In this document: piece after piece, positions 29,246-44,239 of the stretch
Layout of the letters: each line of letters starts with the position of its first letter
Numbering within the stretch: position 1 is the stretch's first letter
Made by a program: the position numbers and the translations under genes
DNA from: Eledone cirrhosa
Lineage: Eukaryota
DNA: 64,000 nucleotides
Assembly (NCBI GenBank): GCA_964016885.1
Contig: OZ024747.1
Span: forward strand, 11,656,001 to 11,720,000
Direction: 5' to 3'
The notes under the pieces: model-generated
The model's database searches: none
What the model was told of the DNA's origin: nothing
Seen by the model: only the letters and a program-made list of their open reading frames with translations

Positions 29246-29550
29246 TATATTACCAGCGACGACCATAGCAATTTGTGAGCTCAGCTGGCCATTTTAGTTT
29301 TAGGATGGTGAGAATTTTTGAATTTAATACGTATAACTTTTCAATTCCAATTACTTGCGCCAAGCTAACCTTGATATGTAAAATTGGAGGGTTTGCTGTG
29401 TATTCTAAGACCACCAAGGTGTAAATCCAACCCTGTATGTTTGTATGTAAAAAATAAACCAGGTAGCAGGTGTCCTAGCATTATTTTCTCCCTCCTCCTC
29501 CTCCCTCTCTATAAATATCACCTTTAGTCTGTTTTATGTCTTTTGACCAT

Positions 29551-30110
29551 TGAAGTCCATGATATATCGATATCTACCTCAGGTCCACGATGTATCGATA
29601 TCCACCCGAAGTCCATGATATATCGATATCTACCTGAAGTCCATGATGTATGGATATACACCCGAAGTCCATGATATATTGATATCCACCCGAAGTCCAT
29701 GATATATCGATATCTACCTGAAGTCCATGATGTATTGATATCCACCCGAAGTCCATGATATATCCATATCTACCTGAAGTCCATGATGTATTGATATTCA
29801 CCTGAAGTCCATGATATATCCATATCTACCTGAAGTCCATGATATATCGATATCCACCAGAAGTCCATGATATATTGATATCCACCCGAAGCCCATGCTA
29901 TATTGATATCCACCCGAAGTCCATGATATATCCATATCCACCAGAAGTCCATGATGTATTGATATCCACCTGAAGTCCACCCTGTATTGATATCCACCCG
30001 AGGTCCACGACATATCGATGTCCACCCGAGGTCCACGATATATCGATATCCACCCGAGGTCCACGATATATCGATATCCACCCGAGGTCCACGATATATC
30101 GATATCCACC
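29551..30110. repeat. 28-bp minisatellite, ~20 copies
   Basis: GAAGTCCATGATATATCGATATCCACCC units. Confidence 0.92.
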
Positions 30111-30546
30111 TGTGTTCCAATAAGTCTGACATTATTTTCAGGGATTTACAGAGACAAACCATTAATCTGCGAGGATTATCCACTGGCTTGATTCTTCCTT
30201 AGTATCGATCTCTTCTATAGGCACAAAGACTCCTGTATTTAATCCTGTATTTAATCCTGGAAGACTAAACTATTGATCTCTTACATTGACATAAAGATTT
30301 CAGTCTTTTTACCTGTAAAACAGATCATTATTTTATAGGTAAAAATACTGAGTGGAGACTTCTGGTGTGCTGGGCTACCCTAGCCCCCCCCCCTACTCAC
30401 CACCATCGACACAGAGCTGGCTACCCACAGGTGGGAGCCTCACCAGCTGGAATGGCTCTTCCAACACATCTCCCTCACCTTCCTATGGGGAAACACCTTC
30501 TAGTATGTCTCCCGGGGCCGCGGGACCCCATTTGCTTATAATAGTG

Positions 30547-30935
30547 TGAGATGGGGAGAGTGGGAGAGACGGAGACAGTGAGTGAAAATAAGAGAGATGG
30601 GGAGAGTGAGAGAGACGGAGACAGTGAGTGAAAGAGAGAGATGGGGAGAGTGGGAGAGACGGAGGCAGTGAGTGAAAGAGAGAGATGGGGAGAGTGAGAG
30701 AGACGGAGACAGTGAGTGAAAGAGAGAGATGGGGAGAGTGGGAGAGACGGAGGCAGTGAGTGAAAGAGAGAGATGGGGAGAGTGAGAGAGACGGAGACAG
30801 TGAGTGAAAGAGAGAGATGGGGGAGAGTGAGAGAGACGGTGGCAGTGAGTGAAAGAGAGAGATGGGGGGAGAGTGAGAGAGACGGAGACAGTGAGTGAAA
30901 GAGAGAGATGGGGCGAGTGGGAGAGAGACAGTGAC
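30547..30935. repeat. 44-bp purine-rich minisatellite, ~8-9 copies
   Basis: GAGATGGGGAGAGTG(A/G)GAGAGACGGAG(A/G)CAGTGAGTGAAAGAGA. Confidence 0.9.
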
Positions 30936-31030
30936 TATATCAGCATTGGCGGAGTGTTTTGTAGTGTTAACGGTTAAATGATTTTACGATAAATAAGTAC
31001 ACACACACACAAGTACACACAAGTACACAC

Positions 31031-31068
<38 letters not shown>

Positions 31069-31770
31069 TTAACCCATAAATCACAAGAAAAGGTAATCCA
31101 ATCACAAGTGGTGAGAATGAAGAGTGTTAAGTTGAAATGAAGTCACTAACTTTTGATTTTAAATTAAGCTATAAGTGGCTGAGTATTCCACAGATATGTA
31201 CATCCTTAACGTAGTTCTTGTGGACATTCAGTACGACAATGTATGACGTGTGTAGCTTTAAGCTAATTCTCAGGGAGAGCCAGTATAACAGTGTGTGGTA
31301 AGGCTGGTCCTTTCAGTTATGTTTGGTCAACTAACTGGACTAAAGAATACAATATGGCCGAGACTGGGGATCAAACTTACAACCATACCACCTTGAGCAG
31401 TATACCCTAACTACTAAGCCACGCAACTTCACAAAACCCCATGTATCAAATGTTAGCAAATCTTTGAAATATAAAATACATATTTATCGCTTCAAATTAA
31501 TTTTTTTTTTTCATAGATCTCATAATTTTGTAAAAATAAAACACCAATATTTCTGCTTCTTATCACCATTATTATTATTATTATTATCATTATTATTATT
31601 ATCATTATCATCATCATCATCATTATTAATATTATTTATTATTAAATCACATACAACATTATTGAAAATTAATTTTCATTTAGATTCATTTACATACTTT
31701 TGTCTTTGTTGTCAATTTATTTTTATTTTTCTCAAAATTCTCATTTAGGCTGTACTAAAAATATTAATAT

Positions 31771-31801
<31 letters not shown>

Positions 31802-31806
31802 GTATG

Positions 31807-31943
<137 letters not shown>

Positions 31944-31950
31944 ACATATA

Positions 31951-31983
<33 letters not shown>

Positions 31984-32056
31984 ACATATATGTATATATA
32001 TATATATATATGTATATATAAATATACCGTAAACTTTTGGTAGATTTATCTACATA

Positions 32057-32125
<69 letters not shown>

Positions 32126-32172
32126 ATATATATATACATATATGTATATATATATATGTATATATATATATG

Positions 32173-32294
<122 letters not shown>

Positions 32295-32362
32295 TATGTA
32301 TATATGTGTATATATATACATATATGTATATATGTATATATATATATATATACATACATATA

Positions 32363-32436
<74 letters not shown>

Positions 32437-32750
32437 AGTCCCATAATCTAATTTCAAAGATGATTCACGCTTGATCAAACAGCTTGTGATGCACACATGA
32501 GTAATAAAGCAGAAGACTGCGTGGATTATCAGGTGCAACGACCGTGTGAATTAAACTAGAGACGACGGAGTAGGTAGGTTCTTATTACAGGTTGTCGGTT
32601 CACATCCCGTTGCTGTGTTCTAAGCTGGGCCGGGGCCTGTCCAATTTTACGTACAGCATCGACTCCTGATCAGTTCTTTGACAGATCGAATCCCGCACAC
32701 GTTGCAACTTCTTTCTTTTTATCTTTCTTTCTTCATTATTTTCTTCGATT

Positions 32751-32930
32751 GGCAGTATCGGTAGAGAGTCGGACACCATGCTTTGAAGCATAGAGTTACG
32801 TCCCTTTATGATCTGAGATCAAATCCCGCCAAGGTTAACTTTGCCTTTCATCCTTACGGGGCCGATGAAATAAAGTACCAGTAATGTACTGGGTAATTGC
32901 TGGCCTTGTGCCTAAAGTAGAAACAATTAT
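32751..32930 (+). mobile_element. SINE family A, full length
   Basis: Matches 13366-13543. Confidence 0.85.
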
Positions 32931-33680
32931 TTTCTTCATCTACACCTCCCCTTTCTCTTCTTCTCTCTCTATCTCTCCCCCCCTCCCTCATACATACTCA
33001 GCTTTATTTACACTTGTAGAAAAAGTAAAACAGAAGGTAGTCAACTATGTATGTATGCATGCATGTATCTATGTATGTGTGTGTGCATGTGTGCATGTGT
33101 GCATGTGTGCATGTGTGCATGTGTGCATGTTTGCATGTGTGCATGCATCTATATGTGTATGTGTATGTATGTATGTGTGCGTGTATCTATATATGTATCT
33201 ATATATGTATCTATATATGTATGTGTGTATGTGTGCATGTGTGCATGTATCTATATATGTATGTGTGTATGTGTGCGTGTATCTATATATGTATGTATGC
33301 ATGTATCAATGTATGTGTGTGTGCATGTGTGCATGTGTGCATGTATCTATATATGTATGTGTACGTATGTATGTGTGCGTGTATCTATATATGTATCTAT
33401 ATATGTATGTGTGTATGTGTGCGTGTATCTATATATGTATGTATGCATGTATCTATGTATGTGTGTGTGCATGTGTGCATGTGTGCATGCATCTATATGT
33501 GTATGTGTATGTATGTATGTATGTATGTGTGCGTGTATCTATATATGTATCTATATATGTATGTGTGTATGTGTGCATGTGTGCATGTATCTATATATGT
33601 ATGTGTGTATGTGTGCGTGTATCTATATATGTATGTGTGTATGTGTGCTGTGCGTGTGTGTATGTGTGTGCATGTATGTA

Positions 33681-33774
33681 AGTTCTGGTTTTATAATTTT
33701 ATAAATTTTTACAGAGAGAGAGAGAGGCAGGGGAGAGAAAGAGAGAGACAAGGGGAGAGAGAGAGAGAGACAAG

Positions 33775-33808
<34 letters not shown>

Positions 33809-33830
33809 GGGAGAGAGAGAGTGACAAGGG

Positions 33831-33862
<32 letters not shown>

Positions 33863-34190
33863 CAAGGGGAGAGAGACGGGGAGAGAGAGAGAGAGTCTAA
33901 CACAGCTACAAGACTCTCTCATTGGAATTTAAACATCAACTAGGTCGATATATCTGCGTGCGTGCGTGCGTGTGTGCAGGTATGGCTGTTATTGTATATG
34001 TGGATGTTTTGAGTTATATGTGTGCATGTGCATACGTTTTGTATCTGTACATGTGTATATGCAATTACTACATGCAGAATTTTTGGAATGTCTTACATAT
34101 TTTTACAGTTCCATTAATGGATTGTACTTGTAATTTCCTAACAAGTCATGTTCTTTCTGTTTCTGTGAAGCCCAGCTTCTCAAGATTTGT
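33681..34190 (-). mobile_element. 3' fragment of the RLE-type LINE family (same as 59345-61146), with a (GA)-rich expansion inside its 3' UTR
   Basis: 33897-34190 aligns to ~59396-59694; 33682-33700 matches the 3' terminus at 59345; both ends adjoin TATG repeats. Confidence 0.85.
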
Positions 34191-34637
34191 ATGTATGTAT
34201 GTATGTATGTATGTATGTATGTATGTATGTATGTATGTATGTATGTATGTATGTATGTGTGTATGTATGTATGTATGTATGTATGTAAGTATGTATGTGT
34301 GTGTGTGTGTATGTGTGTGTGTATGTGTGTGTGTATGTATGTGTGTGTATGTATGTATGTGTGCATGTGTGTATGTATGTATGTATGTAAGTATGTATGT
34401 ATGTGTGTGTGTATGTGTGTGTGTATGTGTGTGTGTGTGTGTGTATGCATGTGTGTGTGTATGTATGAGTGTGTATGTATGAGTGTGTATATATGAGTGT
34501 ATATATGTGTGTTGTAGCTATATCCTATAATACGTACGACATTGTACTACTTTTCGATCAACCAATATCTTATGAGGAAGCTCAACTTTGTCAAACTATA
34601 AAGCCACATCAAAATATAGAGATAGAAGGTGAAATAC

Positions 34638-34753
34638 AGTGGGGAATAACACTCTCTCTCTCTCTCTGTGGGGAATAACACACTCTCTCTCTCTGTGGGG
34701 AATAACTCTCTCTCTCTCTCTGTGGGGAATAACACTCTCTCTGTGGGGAATAA

Positions 34754-34792
<39 letters not shown>

Positions 34793-34986
34793 GGGAATAA
34801 CACACTCTCTCTCTCTGGGGAATAACACACACTCTCTCTCTCTCTCTCTGTGGGGAATAACACACACTCTCTCTCTCTCTGTGGGGAATAACACACTCTC
34901 TTTCTGTGGGGAATAACACTCTCTCTCTCTCTATCTGTGGGGAATAACACACACTCTCTCTCTCTCTTTCTCTGTGGGGAATAACA

Positions 34987-35023
<37 letters not shown>

Positions 35024-35031
35024 GGGAATAA

Positions 35032-35115
<84 letters not shown>

Positions 35116-35121
35116 GTGGGG

Positions 35122-35187
<66 letters not shown>

Positions 35188-35352
35188 GGGAATAACACAC
35201 ACACACACACACACTCTCTCTCTCTCTCTCTCTCTCTGTGGGGAATAACACACACTCTCTCTCTCTGTGGGGAATAACACACACACTCTCTCTGTCTCTG
35301 GGGAATAACACTCTCTCTCTCTCTCTCTCTCTGTGGGGGAATAACACACACA
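34638..35352. repeat. Minisatellite TGTGGGGAATAACAC + variable (AC)/(TC)n
   Basis: About 20 constant 15-mers separated by microsatellite runs. Confidence 0.9.
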
Positions 35353-35404
35353 CACAATATGGAGAGAACACAGACAATCTCTTTGGCAGAATAACACATA
35401 CACA

Positions 35405-35925
35405 CACTAGACAGATTTTACGGGCAAAACCAACTGACAATTTATTGCAGCGATTTTTTCCTGAGACATTCAAGCCACATGCCCAGAGTATCTCTCAATT
35501 TAGAGAAGTAGAGGCTCTACTTGGAGTGGCTCTCTAATCTCCGAGCTACGCACTCTATTGAGTAATGTTACTCCAAAGATCCTTCGGAGGAACCCCATTT
35601 CGGTCGCTTGTATTCGCGATCGTATTCTTTCGGTCATTACCCAAGATTCATGACAATAGGTAAGGGTTGGCCCAAATAATGAATTGAAGATAGCGAGTTT
35701 GGCTTTTACACCTAACTCCCTTCTGATGATCGAGTGCTGAAGCTCATTCTTGCATTTAATTCAGCCTACTCACCTCAGCCCGGCGATACTTGAACTTCCC
35801 CAACTGCTTCAGTGCAACACCTCTCACATGTAAAGTTCTTTGAGAGGAATGTCTCACACTTCGCAGCACTGGTTTTCATTCCTGCAGCCTCAGCAGCAAA
35901 TCTATGAAATCTACGTCGGGGATCA
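35405..35925 (-). mobile_element. RTE (Rex3/Expander-like) LINE RT C-terminal fragment, decayed
   Basis: MTERIRSRIQATEMGFLRRIFGVTLLNRVRSSEIRE..VEPLLL; upstream RFAAEAAGMKTSAAKCET. Confidence 0.8.
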
Positions 35926-36135
35926 CCTTCTGTGAAGTTAAATCGTAGTACCACACACACACACATCAGAATAGAATCAGTTTAAAACTAGTTAGACCAT
36001 TACTCAACAGAGTACTCGATATTTGGGGTAGTAGAGTATGGTTATATTATATAGAGTCGGGACTCGACGGCTGAGCTCTTGTCGAAACGGCAACAGCTCA
36101 GCAATCTGGTCCCTATTCTATATAATATAAAGAGT

Positions 36136-37170
36136 AAAGACCCCTTTCGGTCACAAATGACCATGGGATTTGCACCGAGGCCCAAGTCCGGGCAAGGTTG
36201 TCTGTGGAAGACCAGCAGTCGCCCATGTATACCAGTGTCCTCTCCATGTCACTAATGTTGTCCAAGGGAAAGGCAATGGCCGATACAACTTGGTACCAGT
36301 GACATCACAATATATATATTATAGATTTACTATATATATACACTACAATCACCTTATATACACTATATTTAGACTATATATACACTAAACTACATATGAT
36401 AATGTCCAAGAGAAAGGCAATGGCCGATACAGCTTGGTACCAGTGACATCACAATATATATATTATAGATTTACTATATATATACACTACAATCACCTTA
36501 TATACACTATATTTAGACTATATATACACCAAATTACATATGATAATGTCCAAGGGAAAGGCAATGGCTGATACAGCTTGGTACCAGTGACATCACAATA
36601 TATATATTATAGATTTACTATATATATACACTACAATCACCTTATATACACTATATTTAGACTATATATACACCAAATTACATATGATAATGTCCAAGGG
36701 AAAGGCAATGGCTGATACAGCTTGGTACCAGTGACATCACAATATATATATTATAGATTTACTATATATATACACTACAATCACCTTATATACACTATAT
36801 TTAGACTATATATACACCAAATTACATATGATAATGTCCAAGGGAAAGGCAATGGCTGATACAGCTTGGTACCAGTGACATCACAATATATATATTATAG
36901 ATTTACTATATATATACACTACAATCACCTTATATACACTATATTTAGACTATATATACACTAAACTACATATGATAATGTCCAAGGGAAAGGCAATGGC
37001 TGATACAGCTTGGCACCAGTGATATCACAACTCATATCTACAGCTGAGTAAACTGGAGTCACGTGAAATAAAGTGTCTTGCTCAAGAACACAACGCAAAG
37101 CTCGCTTTGAGAATCGAACTCGCTATCTCACGATTGTAAGCACGACGCTCTAACCACTTAGCCATGCATA
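36136..37170 (-). mobile_element. SINE family B containing a 144-bp x5 internal tandem amplification (36259-37030)
   Basis: TCCAAG recurs at 36261, 36405, 36549, 36693, 36837 and 36981; SINE sequence continues on both sides. Confidence 0.8.
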
Positions 37171-38079
37171 TAATCATTTCTAATATAAACGTGTGTGTGA
37201 TGTATGTGTGATGTATATATGTATGTATGTGTGATGTATATATGTATGTATGTATTTATTTCACTCGTTCAGCGCATCAGTAGGGGTTCTCCTACATGGA
37301 TATAAAGTAGTGGCCGTACTCGAAAACGAGTTGGCAGCCACCATGTATTTATGTATGTATTTATGTATGTATGTGTGTGTATGTATGTGTGTGTGTGTGT
37401 GCGTGTGTATATGTGTGTATGAGTGTGTATGTGTGTGTGTGTATGTGTGTGTATGTGTGTGTGTATGTGTGATGTATGTATGTGTGTATGTATGTGTGTG
37501 TGTATGTGTGTGTATGTATGTGTGTGTGTGTGTGTGCGTGCGCGTGTGTATATGTGTGTATGAGTGTGTATGTGTGTGTGTGTATGTGTGTGTATGTGTG
37601 TGTGTATGTGTGATGTATGCATGTGTGTATGTATGTGTGTGTATGTGTGTGTATGTATGTGTGTGTGTGCGTGTGCGTGTGTATGTGTGTGTGTATGTGT
37701 GTGTATGTGTGTGTGTGTGTATGCATGTGTGATGTATGTATGTGTGTATGTATGTGTGTGTGTATGTATGTGTGTGTGTGTGCGTGTGCGTGTGTATGTG
37801 TGTGTGTGTATGTATGTGTGATGTATGTATGTGTGTATGTATGTGTGTGTGTATGTGTGTGTGTGTGCCATGTATATATAAACATATAAGCTGGCTCCAA
37901 TTTATACAACTGTAAATCTCTTCCATTATATTTTTAATTGTTTCCTGGAGTGGCTTGTGAAACAATTCTTGACTTTTGACTAAACCAGTTGAAGTGATTG
38001 GAACTTTCTTTCTCTTAGTATCTTCTTTTGTCTCAAGAGATTCTCACAACCTCCTTTTATGTTGAATGACACACAAGAC

Positions 38080-38690
38080 GTGGTGGCAGTGGTGGTGGCG
38101 GTGGGAGTGGTTTTAGTGGTGATGGTGGTGCTGGTGGTGGCTGTAGTGGTGATGGTGGGAGTGGAGTGGCTTTAGTGGTGATGGTGGGAGTGGAGTGGCT
38201 TTAGTGGTGATGGTGGGAGTGGAGTGGCTTTAGTGGTGATGGTGGGAGTGGTGGCTTTAGTAGTGATGGTGGGAGTGGGAGTGGCTTTAGTGGTGATGGT
38301 GGGGATGGTGGCTTTAGTGGTGCTGGTGGTGCTGGTGGTGGCTGTAGTGGTGATGGTGGGAGTGGGAGTGGCTTTAGTGGTGATGGTGGTGCTGGTGGTG
38401 GCTGTAGTGGTGATGGTGGGAGTGGGAGTGGCTTTAGTGGTGATGGTGGTGCTGGTGGTGGCTGTAGTGGTGATGGTGGGAGTGGAGTGGCTTTAGTGGT
38501 GATGGTGGGGATGGTGGCTTTAGCGGTGATGGTGGGAGTGGTGGCTTTAGTGGTGATGGTGATGGTGGTGGGGTTGCCTTAGTAGTGGTGGTGGCCGTGG
38601 TGGCATTAACTGTGGTATTGGTGGTGGCGATGGTCTTCGTAGTGGTGGTGTAGACAGTGGCTTTAATAGTGGTGGTTGTGTTGGTGATGC
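38080..38690. repeat. GT-rich minisatellite (GTGGCTTTAGTGGTGATGGTGGGA..)
   Basis: Directly visible. Confidence 0.85.
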
Positions 38691-39233
38691 GTGTACAACC
38701 GGTGTGGTTGGTGTACAACCGGTGTGGTTGGTGTACAACCGGTGTGGTTGGTGTACAACCGGTGTGGTTGGTGTACAACCGGTGTGGTTGGTGTACAACC
38801 GGTGTGGTTGGTGTACAACCAGTGTGGTTGGTGTACAACCGGTGTGGTTGGTGTACAACTGGTGTGGTTAGTGTACAACCGGTGTGGTTGGTGTACAACC
38901 GGTGTGGTTGGTGTACAACCGGTGTGGTTGGTGTACAACAGGTGTGGTTGGTGTACAACCGGTGTGGTTGGTGTACAACCGGTGTGGTTGGTGTACAACC
39001 GGTGTGATTGGTGTACAACCGGTGTGGTTGGTTTACAACCGGTGTGGTTGGTGTACAACCGGTGTGGTTGGTGTACAACCGGTGTGATTGGTGTACAACC
39101 GGTGTGGTTGGTTTACAACCAGTGTGGTTGGTGTACAACCGGTGTGATTGGTGTACAACCGGTGTGGTTGGTTTACAACCGGTGTGGTTGGTGTACAACC
39201 GTGTGGTTGGTGTACAACCGGTGTGGTTGGTGT
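38691..39233. repeat. 20-bp minisatellite, ~27 copies
   Basis: GTGTACAACCGGTGTGGTTG units. Confidence 0.95.
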
Positions 39234-39591
39234 GCTATCGGTGTAGATGTTGTGGAGGTAGTAGTAGGAAAAAAACAATTTGGAACCCTCTAAATATTGT
39301 GAGGCCCGGGTCAGAACCCAGTCAACCCCCGACTCTTAATCAGAGACTGTCCCCGAATCTGTCAAATATCAGATCACGCCTCCTGCAAGATGCAGAAAAG
39401 GGACCAAATTAAGGTGCTCAACAGTGACAAAGGAGTACCGGACAGGAAGCAGAGATGGATGAGGGCCACCTCATCATTGGTGGTGAAGTTGACTGGGGTG
39501 TGTATGTGGAAGTGGTGGTGGATAAGGTATGGACGGTGTGTGTGTGTTTGTGTGTTTGTGTTTGTGTGTGTGTGCGTTTGTGTGTGCGTTT

Positions 39592-39625
<34 letters not shown>

Positions 39626-40360
39626 TTGTGTGTGTGTTTGTGTATGTGTGTTTGTGTGTGTTTGTGTGTGTGTTTGTGTGTGTTTGTGTGTGTGTTTGTG
39701 TGTGTGTTTGTGTGTGTGTTTGTGTGTGTTTGGTGATGGTGGTGGTGGTGTGTGGTGATGGTGGTGGTGGTGTGTGGTGATGGTGGTGGTGGTGTATGGT
39801 GATGGTGTGTGTGGTGATGGTGGTGGTGGTGTGTGGTGATGGTGGTGGTGGTGTGTGGTGATGGTGGTGGTGGTGTATGGTGATGGTGTGTGTGGTGATG
39901 GTGGTGGTGGTGGTGTGTGGTGATGGTGGTGGTGGTGTGTGGTGATGGTGGTGGTGGTGTATGGTGATGGTGTGTGTGGTGATGGTGGTGGTGGTGTGTG
40001 GTGATGGTGGTGGTGGTGTGTGGTGGTGTGTGGTGATGGAGAAGGTGTGTGTGGTGGTGGTGTGTCAGCCGAGGAGTATAGTGAAAAAAAAAAGTGAATT
40101 GTAATTAAAGACACAAAGTTTTATTCAATGTCTCAGAGAAGCAGACGATCAACCGCCATTTTGGGAGAATGAACAGACATTGATAGCGGGATAATATCGT
40201 GTAGAGTAGATGGACAAGACTGGCTTGTTACACACACAACACACGTACATACATACACACACACAAATATCTATGTATGTATATATACATCGATCTATAT
40301 CTCTCTCTCTCTATATATATATATATAAGTACACATACATATAGATAAATATTCATATAA

Positions 40361-40391
<31 letters not shown>

Positions 40392-40394
40392 AGT

Positions 40395-40425
<31 letters not shown>

Positions 40426-40785
40426 AGGGATAACAAAATATCGTTATAGGTAATCCAGTTAGAGGTTGTGAATACTCCGTATATAAATAGTGTGTGTGTG
40501 CACGCATACAAAAGTACTCATCCATATAAATACACATACAAAAACATCACATACACATATATATGTATTTGTATATTTATGTTTGTGGGTGTGGGTGTGT
40601 ATATGTGTGTGGGTGTGTATATATGTGTGGGTGTGTGTATGTGTGGGTGTATGTATGTGGGTGTGTATATGTGTGTGGGTATATGTGTGTGGGTATGAGA
40701 TTTCAAGAAAGACACAAAAGGTTACAAATTAGCTTTGATTGTCACCGATTTAAGAACAAAACCAAAAATATCGAAATGTTCAAGC

Positions 40786-40875
<90 letters not shown>

Positions 40876-40905
40876 AATACATATATACACTCACATATAT
40901 ACACA

Positions 40906-40969
<64 letters not shown>

Positions 40970-41508
40970 AATACATATATACACTCACATATATACACAC
41001 TCACACACACATATATATATATCACTCACACACACATATATATATATATAAATACATATATACACTCACATATATACACACTCCAAGTATGCATAACAAT
41101 ACATACACACTCACATATACACACAGACACACATCCACTCACATATATACACATATATAGACACACACACATACACACACATATATATTCACAACAGATA
41201 TACATACATATATTCAGACACAGCCATACATATAGACTATACACACATACATACACACTCACATATACACACAGACACAATATACACTCACATATATACA
41301 CATATATAGACACACACACACACACACATATATTCACACAGATATACATACATATATTCAGACACAGCCATACATATAGACATATACACACATACAATAG
41401 ATGTGTGTGTATATGTCAGTATACAAAACTGAAACTTTGAGACAAATAGAAATAAATATGGGGGGGGGGGGAAGAGAGAAAGAAAGAGAGAAAGAGAGAG
41501 AGAGAGAC

Positions 41509-41542
<34 letters not shown>

Positions 41543-41712
41543 GAGAGGAAGGGAGAGGAAGAGAGAGAGGGAATGCAAAGGAAAGATGGGCAAAAATAAT
41601 GAAGGAACGGACAGACATACGGCACTACAGACTTATATATATATTTATATACAAATAAACACACTCATATATATATATATGTGTGTTATAAATGTATACA
41701 CACACATCTATG

Positions 41713-41743
<31 letters not shown>

Positions 41744-41960
41744 CAGTATATATATATATAGTATATATATATATATATACAAACAAACACACACAAATAT
41801 TTATATATATCTATATACATATGTGTTATATTTTATTCACACACATCTATCTATTTATATATATATAGTATATCTATATTATATATTATAAATATATATA
41901 TATATGTACTATATATATATGTAATACATTATATATATATATATTATATATATATGTTAT

Positions 41961-42036
<76 letters not shown>

Positions 42037-42589
42037 ATATATATATATAACATATATATATATATATTATGTTATATGTTAAATATATGTTATATATATA
42101 TATATGTTATATATATATAAATATATATATATATACATGTTATATATATATATATATATATAATATATATATACATGTTTATATATATATATGCTATATA
42201 TATATACGTGCCTACACACAAAATTACATAGAAACACATTAAAGAAACAGGGAATATATTAATCAATGAACAAAGACGGAAAGAAAGAAAGAAAGAAAGA
42301 AAAAAGAAAAGAAGAAAGAAAGAAAAAAAGAAAGAAAGAAAGAAAAAAAAGAAAGAAAGAAAGAGAGGGAAATAAAAAGAAAAGAAAAGAAAGTAATGCA
42401 TTTCTGGAATTTATTGAAAAGTTTGTTTTGTTGGCTGGCAAAGTTGATTACGATATATTGATTACGTTATATTCATTGTATCCCTATATATCCTTATATA
42501 CAGGTATATATATCCTTATATACAGGTAATATCACTTTATATTGATATCATCGTTATCATTATATTGTTGTAACTGGTATAGTGAGGTA

Positions 42590-42965
42590 CTGTGGGACGG
42601 GAGTGGGGTGTCAGGGGGGGGGGGGAGGATCAGGAAACGGAAAGGGAAGGATCAGGAGTTGGTGGAAGTGTGGGACGGGGAGTGGGGTGTCAGGGGGGGG
42701 GGGAGGATCAGGAAACGGAAGGAAGGATCAGGAGTTGGTGGAAGTGTGGGGACGGGGAGTGAGGTGTCAGGGGGTGGAAGGATCAGGAAACGGAAGGGAA
42801 GGATCAGGAGTTGGTGGAAGTGTGGGACGGGAGTGGGGTGTCAGGGGGGGGGGGATCAGGAAGCGGAAGGGAAGGATAAGGAGTTGGTGGAAGTGTGGGA
42901 CGGGGAGTGGGGTTGTAGTTGGCGGAAGAGGTGGATAAGGAAGCGGAAGGGAAGGATCAGGAGGT
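42590..42965. repeat. ~76-bp G-rich minisatellite x5
   Basis: GTGGGACGGG recurs at ~42592, 42670, 42746, 42822 and 42895. Confidence 0.85.
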
Positions 42966-43188
42966 ATGGGAAGAGGAGGAAGTTGAAGGAATTAGAGAAG
43001 GGAGGGTAATTGGGAGATGTTTTAGAGGTCAGTAATTACAGACAGAAGGGTCAATGTGTTGTGGCCTGCTGTCAGTCCATGGTGTCAGACCAACACTGGC
43101 TGTGTAATCACTAATTCTCTATGAAACCATACGAATTCCCGATGACTTCCACGTAATCTGTAAAAAGCCATTCTACTAGTATATTAAA

Positions 43189-43620
43189 GTTTCTACTTTT
43201 GCACAAGGCTCAGCAATTATCCCAGTGTATTACTGGTACTTTAACTTTATCGACTCCGAAAGGATGAAAGGCAAAGTTAACATCAAATTCCGCGAGATTC
43301 ACTTTGCCTTTCATCCTTACGGAGTCGATAAAATAAAGTACCAGTAATACACTGGATAATTGCTGGCCTTGTGCCAAAAGTGGAAACATTTATATATTAT
43401 ATAATACTCATGTTTTCACTCTATTCATGTATTTGAATTGGCAGTATCGGTAGAGGGTCGGACGCCATGCTTTCTAGCATAGTTACGTCCCTTTACGATC
43501 TGAGTTCAAATCCCGCCGAGGTTAACTTAAAGTACCAGTAATACACTGGAATAAAATAAAGTACCAGTAATACACTGGGATAATTGCCGGCCTTGTGCCA
43601 ATGGTAGAAACAATTATTTA
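43189..43620. mobile_element. Cluster of SINE family A pieces: inverted pair of 3' halves (43189-43390) plus an internally deleted copy (43440-43620)
   Basis: Family A core present in both orientations. Confidence 0.8.
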
Positions 43621-44208
43621 CTGTGGTTACCCCATATTTAACTTGGGATCTACACACACACGTGTGTATGTGTTATGTCAGTATATATTACGACAGTTGT
43701 GTGGTTCGTCCCACAGACGGCTCTGTCGACGATTTTTCTGTTTTTAGGTTGAAGAGACGGGGGAATAATTTATGGTTTATATTCATTGTGATGGCTTTTA
43801 AAATGCAAAGAAATTCTCAACCATACATACATACATACATACATGTGCGCCTGAGTGAGTGAGTGAGTGTGTGTGTCTGAGAGTGAGTGAGAGTGAGGGG
43901 TGAGAGTGAGTGTGGGTGTCTGAATCAAAAAGCTTTGACTTAAAAAAACCCCAAAAAAACAATAAAATAAAAATACATCTGTTTTTTTTTTTGCATCACA
44001 GTGAAAAGATCAAAAAGATCAATTAAGGTGGAAATACACATCTGCAATTAAAACTATTATTAGTTTTAATATCTTCATTTATGATGTCTTGTTTATGGTC
44101 GCATTAGTATATAGAAAATAAAGTGAAAACAAAATTGTTTACAGAGAACTATGAGTGATTTCTTTCATACGGGAAAGATCGAATGTACCAAACATTGAAA
44201 TTTAAGCC

Positions 44209-44239
<31 letters not shown>

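Noticed and set aside
34638-35352. CRISPR-like constant repeat with variable spacers
   Set aside because: The spacers are just (TC)/(AC) runs, the context is eukaryotic and there are no cas genes.
37255-37290. Possible hammerhead on the minus strand (CTGATGC..GAAA)
   Set aside because: It is the antisense of an RTE-like LINE ORF end (compare 18201-18345); the core is mismatched and there is no stem I or III.
37885-38055. Coding-like minus-strand segment (KRKKVPITSTGLVKSQELFHKPLQETIKNIMEEIY)
   Set aside because: Possibly a LINE ORF fragment, but too short and unrecognised to call.
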